Below, in pieces: positions 10,301 to 22,300 of a DNA stretch of 64,000 nucleotides. The notes below the pieces were generated by a model, which ran no database searches, was not told the origin of the DNA, and saw nothing but the letters and a program-made list of their open reading frames with translations. This DNA is from a virus (lineage: Duplodnaviria > Caudoviricetes): positions 1,855 through 65,854 of the IMG/VR virus record IMGVR_UViG_3300030329_001103; one strand, written 5' to 3'. Within the stretch, counting starts at the first letter, position 1, and every line of letters begins with the position of its first letter. The position numbers and the translations under genes were made by a program.

Positions 10301-13300
10301 GTTAAATAGAATTGTTGGCGAAGTTAAGCCAATTTCTTCAGACGAAGCTACTGGAACTTTTGTATATCGTTACTCTGATATCTTAGAAGCACAAAAGCGT
10401 ACAGCTGGAGAAGGGGAATCAAAAGACAAGGAAGAAGTCCCAGAAATTATTATACCTGCGTCACGACAAGAAGCTATTGCTAAAATAGAAGATTATATAA
10501 AAGACTTTCGAGAAAATTTCAGCCTTTCAGAAGATGGTTCTGAATATATAGACAACGCAGGCAATATTTTCGAGAGAGTTTCTTCTGTTATCGAAGAACA
10601 AATAGGAGAAATAGATCCAGAAGCTGCCGCATTAAAAATGGGTACTCTTATAGATGATGTTGCTAGAGATTATATTACTAATCCAGATGAAGCAACAAAA
10701 CCAGAAGGATGGAGCGACGAAGCATGGGAACAGTTTAAAGACGTATGGGATCCGATTATCCAGCAATGGAAAGACGAGGGACGTTGGTATACAGCAGAAG
10801 AAACAACCTTTGGTTCACTAGATGCAGGTGGCAGCGGAAGAAGTATTGCTGGCACTACTGACATTTTAACTATCACTGAAGATGGTAAAGTTGAAATCTT
10901 TGATATCAAAACAAGTAAATACGATACTTCTGAGTGGGATACAGAATTTGGTGATAGGCTATCTAAATCCGAACGATATAGTAAACAATTATCTCTTTAT
11001 GCTACATTAGTAGAAGAAGCTTTAGGACTTGAAGTAGCAGAAATTACTGCTATTCCGCTAGAACTAAATTATAACGAGACTGATCTGATTCCTATTAGCA
11101 TTACTAAGAATAATAATGTAGGACTACGGTTATTAAATAATATTAGAATTACTAATGGAGGTCTTGTTAGTAGAGGAACGGATGCAAGGAAATCTCCGCT
11201 ATCTACTCCAGCTCCTGAAGAAACTGAAGAAGATGCGCCAACTGATTTCCAAAAATGGCAAGACAGGTTAGATACTAGTATAACTAAAACTCAAAAAACT
11301 ATTCATGATTTAACAGAAGAAAATAAAAGTGAAGATATTCCTGAAGAAAAGAAAGAAAAGAATATTGATATAATTAAGAAACTAAAAGAATCTTTAAAGA
11401 GATTGGATAGTGCGAGACGTAAGTATAAAAAAGAAATTGCTGAGTGGGAAGCACTGGATGAAATTACTCCAAGGATAAAAGACTTGCATAAAAAGATGCT
11501 AACTTTTGAAAAAGAATTAAAAGATGCAGAACGAATTCTTTATAATAATCCTGAGTATATCTATATAGTAGAACTACACAAAGCGTTAGGATCTGGACAG
11601 ACACATATACAAGGATTAATACGCCATACTTGGGATAAAGAAGCAGCAGATAATTTAACTAGAAACCAGTGGATAAAACAACGACGAGAAGCCTTAATAG
11701 CAGAACAAGAAACAGAAGAAACGAAAAAAACAGATGATGAAATAGAGACACAGATTAAAGAAGAAGCTAAAGAATTTGAAAGAGAAGTTACTTTAGATGC
11801 TATAATTGAGGAAGGGTTTAGACCATCCCTCGCTTTAATGTTAGACAATATTCCAGAAGAAAGTTTAATTAATGTAGACGACGAAGGCAATCCGGTTTCT
11901 AATAAAAATATTATAACCCAACTACAATCACTTTTAGCAATAGAAAAAGATCCCGATCCTTCTGAATTCAGTAACATGACAAAGCTTAAAGAAGCTATAC
12001 TAAGTTTGCCTGATGTAGAAGTAACTAAAACTGAGTTAAATAAAATGAACCGCGGTGAGTTAAATGAACTCTATATTAAACTAAAAAAGAAAGCAGACAG
12101 AAGCGGTAAAGTAATTTCCCGTACCGTGTTATTACAAGCTCACCAAGAAGCGGATGCTAAGTTAACACAAATGGGTTTAGACATTCAAGGTACTGAGGCG
12201 TTTATAAATCTATTAGAAGCTAAAGATAAATTAGAACAAGCTAGTACAGAATATAATATTACAAAATCTGCTTTACAGGACGAAGCTACTAAAACTAGAG
12301 GCATGGCATTAAGATCTATAGGAGATTGGCAAGAACTTCTAGCGGTTCAAGCGGTTTTAAAAAGATATATAGATTCATCAATTGCTTTAGTTGAAAATGG
12401 AGAAGTACAAACAGCTAGAGATATAAGAGATATCGCACCTGCTGGATCAAGGTTAAGAAAAGAAATCAATAAAATTATTCTTGAGATGGAAAACGATGAA
12501 GGTCCTACTAATAACGATTTAGATGCCGCTAGAGAAAAAGCAAAAACTCTGGAGGATGTATCATGGGAAGATGCAATAAACGGTATACTGCATAAATTAC
12601 CATGGTCGTTTATAACAGATAGAGCTGTGTCTATACTGGATTCTGATTTAGAGACCGGCGCAGAAACAAAACGAAAAAATTGGATTTTAAATGGACTCGA
12701 ACAAGAAAGAACTAGAATCAGTAATCTATCTCCTGAGCAAATGTGGAGAACACAAGTTCCAAGAAACTTACAATACTTAGCTAAAACTAAACTACATCAA
12801 ATGTCAGAACAAGATTGGCTTACTGTAGAAGCTGCGGATATTACCGGTCGTGATATTGAGTTATATGATAAAAAAATATTCGGCGCTGAAGCAGCGGCTA
12901 AAGAATTAGAAGCTTTAGAAATTATTAGTAATCATTTAAACGATAGACGTAGTGGATTAAATCCAGATCAACCAATTAGATCAGCAGAAATTCGTAAGTG
13001 GGCTGAGAATACAGCATATGGAGAATGGGCAGTTTCACCTTCCGTCTTATTTAAACAAGCAATAAGCAAAGAACATGAGATAGATTTAAATAAAATAACT
13101 GACGACGAGCTAGCGAATTTGGAAGTTGAAATAACTTTTGATGCAGATCTATTAGTTGATGTTATTCGAAATCTTCTAGAAGAATCTTTAGTATATAATT
13201 CTTACTTTGGTCGTAAAATTCCATCAAGGTTAAGAAAAGCAACCGTCGGCGAAACTCTTAAATCTTTAAGCTTAAAGCGAAACAAGGATGGATACTTCCC

Positions 13301-16300
13301 AGCGAAAGAAGCTAGAAGACATATTAAAGATATGTATGATGCTGTATTGCCTATACTAAGAGAAAGGGCAGATGAGTTTGGGTTTGTATATGAAGTCAAT
13401 GAAAACACGCTATGGCCTAGTGAATCTTCAGGTCCGCTGGAAGGATTAAGTCCAGCGGATAGAGGTAAGGCAGAAGCTAAATATGAAAACGTAGCTAGAA
13501 ATGCTATGATTAAACGTATACTTAAATACTTATCTAAAACAGGAACAAGAACTTTAGTTGATAATATAATGGAAGAAGTCGGTTACATAAAAGAAAAAGA
13601 TGTAACTAATCAACAGTTGGCTATGATACTAGCTGATAAAATACTTTTAGCTATTCCTAGTATAACTGAAGATAACTGGACAATCAGTAGCTTTGGTGAT
13701 GGTACTGTAGATTGGCAACCCGCTAAGGATGCAGGAGAAGGATTAGTAGATTACTTTAGTATGAAATCTCTTGTTACTAAACGCCATAAAGTAAGTATCA
13801 TTCAATATGATGATGGAAGATTTGGTATTGAAGTAAACGGTATACTAGATACAGATGAACACGAAAGTACAGCGATCTTAGCTTTGACTAAAGGTCAGGG
13901 CAATATGCTTGCGCTTATTCCACTATACGAAAGATTAAGCATAGCTGAAAATAGTAGAACTAGATTTAGAATAGAAAAGATTACCAATATCATTAATGCT
14001 CCAGAAGAAGTACAAGCGCAGTATAGAAAAGAGTGGGAAGAAAAAATTAGAAACACCAAAGTTGAGGCAGCTCTTCCTGAGGGAGCAGGGGTAATGATAA
14101 GAATACCAGATAAAAGAAATCCTATTTATTCTGGCGCTATACCTACCGAAGATAAACTTGCAGCCCACTTCTTCCCCAACCTATTATTACAAACTACAGA
14201 AGAAGAGTTCTTAACAAGAGAAGAAATATTAGATGCCGGTATGTATTATATGCTTGACCTGCCTAACTTAAGTCGTGCATACATCCAAGACTCTGTTACC
14301 TATTCAGCAAAAGCTAAAAAGAATAGACGGCTAAGTGCTGAGGTTCCGACTCATGTTCAAATAACTGAAGAAGTAATTACTAAAGATGGTATAGAACGTA
14401 AGAAAGTAACAGGCATATCAATGGGATCTGACTTTATTTTACCTCCGCATGAGATCCTTGTAAACGCTATCTGGGAAAATATTGGAGGATCTTATCAAAA
14501 TGTATTTGATCTAGCTATGGAAAGTTACGAAATAACTCGAAACCATTTAATAGAAAAACACGGCGAAGAAGCATTTACAAAAGGTAAGATGTGGAATAGA
14601 GATGTCATGCATGATGATAGAAAGAGTAGTGTATGGTGGGAATTCATGATGATGGCAGGTGCTTTAAATCCTAAGGTACAGAAAACCATTGATACTATTA
14701 GACAACAGCTAGCCAATAAAACATATGGTGGAGAAAACTTTAAACAAAACTTAGACGATCTCTATATTGAAAGTGGTATATATGTTGTCGGTAGTATATT
14801 CGATGCGCCTCAACATAAAGACAGATCTTTAAGTATTCCATCCTTTATGTCTATCTTTAACAATCTACAAAACATTAAAGATAGAACTGATTGGGATAGA
14901 ATATATGAAGCTGCAGATACAGACCAACAAAAACAAATGGATGTTATTAGAGACTTCTTTAAAATACCTGCACTACGAACTATGTATACAGGCGGCATGA
15001 AAGCTTTCTTAAGTACCTTTGAAGGCGAAAAAGAAGAAGGAACTAAGTGGCTGCAGTCAGCTTCGGAAGTATTCGGTATTAATATTAAAGATCTTAGAGC
15101 TGAATTAGAAAACCTAAGTAAAATTCTTTATGAGAATAGTTACATTGAGACGGGTATTTTAATGGAGAATGCGCTAGGTATGGATGAAGAAATCCGTTCA
15201 GAGGTGCTAAAGTTCATGGAAACAAAACAAGATGAATCCGAATTGATTAAAAAATCAAAAGACATCTTGCAAGCTGTAAGTAGAGATCCTGAAAATATAA
15301 ATAATATTATTGGATTAAACGGTATCCTTGAAGTTATGGAAGCTAGTGTAGCACATTGGGTAGAACTTGCTTATCCAGAAGGAGCTACACCTGCCAATAT
15401 GAAGAAAGCAAAGAAAAGATTAGTTAATGATCCTTTAGAAAAGAGTAAGAGATATTTAACAAAACTTAAAGCAAAGGGTATTGCAATACCTTCTGGAATG
15501 AAAGATGAGCATTGGCAATTCCTTCATGAGCTATGGCTACCAAAAGAATTTAAATCCTGGCAACATATGGATTTATTTAAAATGTGGAATATCATGTTAT
15601 CTGGTGCTTGGCAAATCAACGCAAAGAACATAAGTCAAGTAGCTAAGACCTATGGTATTATGGATTATAAATTAGAACATCTAATGGGATTACCAGAACA
15701 AAATATATATCTAAGGCAACGTCCTCAAGATACTGCTCAACGTGCCTTTGATGAGTATGGTATCTTACCAAACAATAAAGGTATTAGGTTTGATAGAGCA
15801 GAAGTAGATGCTGACAAGTTAGCTATCTATGTAGAAGAACGCAAGCAAAGCATGAATCAAGCTGAGTTTAAAAAAGATCCTGAGTATTACTTTAATCAAT
15901 TTATATTAGAATATATGGAACAAGATAAAGATCATCGTGCCGCCTTAGGTGCTTTCGATCTAGTCGATAGTCCTATGCATAAGATATATCGAGATGCTAA
16001 AAAAGAAGGAGCTACAGATAAACAAGCATGGGATAAAGTTAGAGCCGAATTGGATAAGATGCTTTGGTATGAAGAAATGTTAACATGGTCAGAAAAGTAT
16101 CCATTACCTTTTGAAGATTATACTATTGAAGATTCAAATGCAGAATTCTATAGTCACTTTATGAATTCTTGGAATCAAAGCTGGGAAGAAAGGGCAGGTA
16201 CTCTACCTGCAGAATTGCAGCAGGAAAAACAAGCTAGAAAAGAAATGAATGATAAGCCATGGAGAAAAGAGTTTATTGAGGGTAGAGTTAAAATGGGACG

Positions 16301-19300
16301 TTCTCTTGTAGTTGATCCTAAGAGACCTCACATTAATCCTTATGCTGTTGTTGAATATGACGATGCAGTCGCTAGCAAATATGATCATCCACTAACTGTA
16401 GATAGTGAAAACAGTAAAGGTCCTATATCATTTATTCCTAAGATGAATAACTATTCATTTGCTAATAGAGGTATGATGGGATTGGAACTAGCATTGAGAA
16501 CGAGAAAATTAAACGAAAGAATGGACCCAATTGAACAAGTTTTAGCCAATACAAATGAAACATTGTCTACTAAAGAAGGAGCAGAAGAAGTTATAAAGCC
16601 TTACTTAGAAGGACGAAAACCATCTATCGCTGCTCCAGAATCCGCACTAGGTCGTATAAGTCCTTGGAATCTTAATACTATTCCAGAACCACTGCCACCA
16701 ATTCCGCAGTATATAGTAGAAGAAGCTTTGGAGTTAGACGATACACGTCTGGGACAAGAGGTTGGTAGGTTCTATCAAAGAATAACTGAGTATGCTAGAA
16801 GTATTGGAATGGAAGATGAACTAGATAATCCCGAAGCATGGCCTTTCTTAAACTATATGTTACGAACTCAGAACGTAATAAAACGAAATCTTCAGTTTAC
16901 TAAACGAGGCGCAAGTAAAACACTAGGAGAAACTCTAGCTATACGTTCTAGATTTAAAGAAGACTTCTTAGAAATCTCTCAACTATCAAGAGACTTACGA
17001 GAAGAGACAAGAGATGTTATGGATTTAGAAACACCAGGGAAACCTTTAGGGATTCATAAGCCGCCTGTCGATATGACACTCGGTGAATTCTTAGGCAGTA
17101 AACCTACGAGTATGACAGATCCTACTCCATTGATTGATCACACTCTTCTATGGGATCAACTTGACTTTACAGTACCCGAAGAAAGTGTAGTTGATCAAGC
17201 TACTTTAATTGATGAGCAAGGTAATGAACATCCAATTGAATCTAAGACATCACAATTCTTAACTAATATTAACTTTAATAAAGACTTTATTAAGTACGCT
17301 GTTTCATCCCTATTAACAGAAGCTTATGGTGTAGAAGAAATCAGAAAATTCAAAGATGGTAAATATGCAAGCTTAGTAGAACCAGGTTCAGAAAATCTAG
17401 ACAACTACTTTGATATCATAGATCAATTTAGTTTAGAAGATCTTCGGGAATTGTTATATAATATTAAAAACGGTGCTAAAGAAAGTCCTGTATACTTACA
17501 TATGGACTTACGTTTGATTCGTGAACTAGGTGAAGCATCCCCAGAAAAACGAAAAGAAATGGCAGATCATTTATTTGTAGGTATTGAAAACGCAGAGTTG
17601 GCAACTACGAATGAAAAGACTGGTATTAGGCATAAGTTTAAGCATAGAGAAGGTGGTATCTATTCTGGTATGCATGCATGGTTAGCTGTACCTTCTAGAG
17701 TTAAAGGCGATACAGCTAGACTAAGAATAACACCAGAAGGTTTAATACGTATGGTTATGACATTAACTAACTCTGATTTACTTTGGAGAGCACAGATGTC
17801 TGCCATTAGTGGAAGATCTCTTGGCGTTGATGTAGACTTTGATGGCGCACCTATTAGTACTGTTGCCACTTCTAGATTGGTAAGAGAAAACGAAGGAGCT
17901 AATAATGTTCGTCGTATTCGAAAACGATCTATCCAAGAAACTACTGCTTTAGATATTATCATGGGTAAAACCGAAACAGGAAAACCACAACTTAGAACTG
18001 TAACGTCTGGTCGTAGTACTATCCGTTCAGCGGCAGTACGTCACGTAAATTACGGAGACTATCATCATCCTCGACATAAAGGAAGACTACAAAACTTTGT
18101 GATTGATGAAGTGTATTACGGTATTGCTAATGGGTTAGTGACGCAGATTAATACATTAGGTAATGGCGATTTAAATACCGCAGTAGATAAAGTACAAGAG
18201 TATATACATAAAGCTAGAATGGGAGAAGCTCATGAAAAGAATGTTATTGATATACTTGCATTAACAGTACTCGCTAATTCAGACGGAAATAATTTCCATC
18301 AAATCGATGTAGATACTCTTACCGCTTTCTTATATAATGAAGAGATTGGTAATCCAGATTCTACGAAAGTTATTACAGCAGCTCGTAATGAAGCATATGA
18401 GTTATATAGAAACTTACAGTCTTTAATCTCTAAAGACGAACATGTCTGGTCTGGTAATGATTACGATGCACTTGCGGCTGACTTTGTTTATAAACTCGCT
18501 GCAAAAGAATATCAATACCCAGATAATCCTAAACTTAATATGACAGCCGAAGAAATGGTAGATCAAATGTATGAAGATTTCTTTAAGAGAGTAGACCAAG
18601 AAGCTCCTTTAAGAATAGACGCTACTGAAGTAATTGTAGATGTAATGCAAAATCTTGGTATGTCTCAAGAAGATGCTCTTAAAATGCCTGAGGTAGTAAA
18701 TTACCAAGAATGGTTAGCTGATACTAATAAGACATATCAACTAGATATTGAAACTGACCATACTAATGAAAATATTATTTCTATTGGTATTAAAGAAGGA
18801 TCTAAAGAAACTAGATATGTAGGAAACAGTAGTGAATTCTTAAGTCAGAAACAAGCTCTAGCTATACTTAAAGCTATAGAAAAGAATCAGCAAGACGGTT
18901 ATAAGGTTTCTGCCTATAACGGTGTTAGCTTTGACTGGAGAATACTTGGAAAGGTAGCTGGAGATCATAACTTAGCGGCACGAATTGCACTAAGAAGTAT
19001 AGATCCGTTTGAAAACTTAAGGTCATTTAAGAGTAGGAATAAAGGAGTGGGATACCATGCATGGCATGGATTAGAAGCGGTAGCCGAAAGACTAGCTAAG
19101 AAACCATGGGAAAAGAGTATGGATGGTCTTGAAGCTTATCTCTATTGGCTAAGAGGGCAAGGTATTGAAATAAATAAAGAGTCTGTTATGAAATATAACA
19201 TAGACTTAGATAAAATAAAGAACTTAAAAGAACATAAAGGTAAAGGTAATAGTGCTGTCTTTAAATACTACAATGACATTGAACCTTCTGACGCTACGAC

Positions 19301-22300
19301 AAAACTAAAGAAGTATACTAAGGAAGACGTAGACATACTAAATGAAGTCTATCACGCATTAAACAAGAAGACTAATCAACAAGATAGAACTTCTCACATT
19401 GGAGAATACAGTGTTACTATTGATCAGATGTATCCTACTTGGTTCTTAGATGCTAGAAGAGATCTTGAGTATAAAGGACTAGGAGAAGAAAAACTTTTCT
19501 TTGCAGAATGGGATTCAACTATCAAAGAACAAATACTTGAACTCTCAGGCAATATGAGAAAATCTAATTTCAGTAATGTTATTGCTAATGGAGATATCCG
19601 TAAGAATAAAGATCTAGCTTTAGCGGCTTTACATAAAGCTATTGGACGCGAAGAAGAAGCAGAAATAAATTCTGTTAGTGAATGGATTGACTCTAAAGTA
19701 AAGCACGAGTTTAAAGATATTGCTACTGCTTCTGCTGCTAATGATCATTTATATAAATACGAAGAAATCCATAGAGGACAGTTAAGAGATATCTTTGATC
19801 ACATAAACGAATTAGTTACAACACATGAGGCATTAACAGAACATGATGCTATGTTAATGCGGGATCTTGTATTACGTATTTATCATGTCAATCCGTTTAA
19901 CATCCTAGATCTTCACATAGTTAATCAGATTAACGAAGAGAAAGGTGTACCTGTATCTGGCGCTATGAAAACAGAAGAGGGTAAGTTTGAAATCAGGATT
20001 GGTAAAGGCTTTGTAGATATCCAAGAAATTGGTGGCGGACGAGCACCCCTTATCTTTGCACACGAACTAGGTCACGTAGGTAGATTAAAATGGATAGAGT
20101 CTAACCGAAAAGAATGGAGACAGTATCGTGATATAATGCATAGTGACGGTGGTAAAGAATTTATCAAAGCCATGGTACAAGCATTCAATGAAGGTCGATG
20201 GGATGCAAAAGCTGAAAAAGAATACGAAAGATATACAACTGATGTTGAAGAATTTATGGCTGCAATGTATGGATACTATATGCTAGAAGGGCAGCTACCT
20301 GCTTATACGGAATACTTAGATTCTACTAAAGGTAAGAAAGCTTTACCGCCAGGATACCATGACGCAGAAGATAAAAGTTGGAGTATCCTAAGAAGAATCT
20401 TTGACTTTGTTTTAAATAGATTACAACGAGTTGCTAATGTCTTTAGAGTATTTAGACACCAACATCCAGAAGCAGCCGAAGTTTCAGAAAAGCTTATTCA
20501 AAGAATGTTAGGATGGTCAGCAGACAATACTGCTCTTATACAATATGCTAGCGATGTTCCAACTGGTGAACTGATGTTCATGGAACCTCGATTCCCTCAG
20601 GTTGAAGAAAAAGCTCCTGTATATGATGATGCATTTATCATTGAAGCATGGCAACGAATGAAAACACTAGAAGCAAAAGCAGCTACAACTACAGGATTAA
20701 CCAAAGAAGAAAATCATGAATATGGAGAAATTGTTAGACTAATAAACTCCGATGAAATGTCAACACCCGATGAACTAAATACTACTAGGTGGGAACGTGT
20801 GACTGTAATGAGCGATATAATGGACAGAGATATGTTAGATCCTGAATCTAAATCTATGTTCGGAACCGATGCTGCTATGAGTCTTCCTGATTTGTTTTAT
20901 GTGCTACATACTGTAAACGAAGAAACGCTAACCCCAGCTACAGCACTTGAGCGAAGGGTTCTTGCTTCTCATATATTAAGAACCACAAAGAAAGAATTTG
21001 GCTATCAAGTAAATAATTCTGCTGGTGAAGCTATGAGAGCTGCAGGTAAATTCTTAAGCAAGATGGGACAAAAACTTGGAATTGCTGACAGCGAAGAGGC
21101 TATCAGTCAGCTAATGACTGACGTACTCGTAGGTAATACTGGAGCTAACTATACCTTTAATTCTCTATTCACAATTCCTATTATGCTAACATCCTTATTA
21201 GAAAGTAAGGTTGCAGGAATGAGTGGCAACTATACTAACATATTTGGACAAAGAGATATTTCAGGAAGTCTGCGACAATTAGAAACTTGGAGTAGTGCAA
21301 TCGGTGCTATTACGAACGAAATAATAATAGAAGTCGGTGGAACTATAGATAAGATTGCAGGTAAAATAGTAAGTGAAGGCAATAAGAATATCATGGCTGA
21401 TATTTCATTTAAAATTCTACAGGCTGTTCAAGGCGAAATGGATACGAAAGATTATCTTAAGACGTGGGAATTAGATATTCCTGAATTAGCTGATACTGAA
21501 GTTCCTGCTAAAGCTTTAGAAATAGCTAGACTTTTACATAACCAATTGACTTTCTTCCAAGCAGAAGGTACAGCATTGGGTATGTTTAGTAAATTTATGC
21601 ATGCTATTCCTATGCAGTTACAAAATAGTATCTGGACTGAAGGCGAAGTAGGGAAAGGTTATACTACTCTTAGAACTGAAATGCGTAACGAAGTTCAGAA
21701 ACGTATTGAAGACCCAATAAACTCATCACTTGTTGAGCCTACTTTAGTTTATGCTGCTAACTTCTTACCAGACTTAGATCAAGAAGGTATGGCTGATTGG
21801 TTTGAAAGTATAGCTATAAATAATCCTAGTCAATTACTTATGGGAGATCTAGTGGCTACTAGAGCACTACAATATCTTAAACAAATAGGTACAAAGGATT
21901 GGGTAACTCGAGATCAAGTTACTGCACTTACAGCTAGAATAAGAGCTGGTGAACATAAGGTTGTAGCTGCTGTGCGAGTTGCTACAAAAAGTATTATGGA
22001 TGGCTTTGGAGAAAAAAGAATTGACTGGGAATTCTTAAAGAGACAGCAAGATAGAAGCGCAGATTATGCCGGTGCTTATAAAGGTTTAAAGGATAGATAC
22101 AGTGCAATACTAGATTCAGAAAACTATTCTACTGAAACCGCTTTGTCAGTAAAAAGAAAGCTAGCTCAACTTAGTTCACATTCTCTTGGGCTAGGTTTAG
22201 AAAAGTATTACTTTAAATCTAGAAAGGGTAGTAGTGTTCTTCCTATGAATAGTGATACTCCTATTGATTTAATTACTAGTACTATGTTAAGTCGAGCAGC

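Noticed and set aside
10560-11130. Cas4 / CRISPR adaptation role for the nuclease domain
   Set aside because: No Fe-S cluster cysteines and no CRISPR context; kept as generic PD-(D/E)xK.
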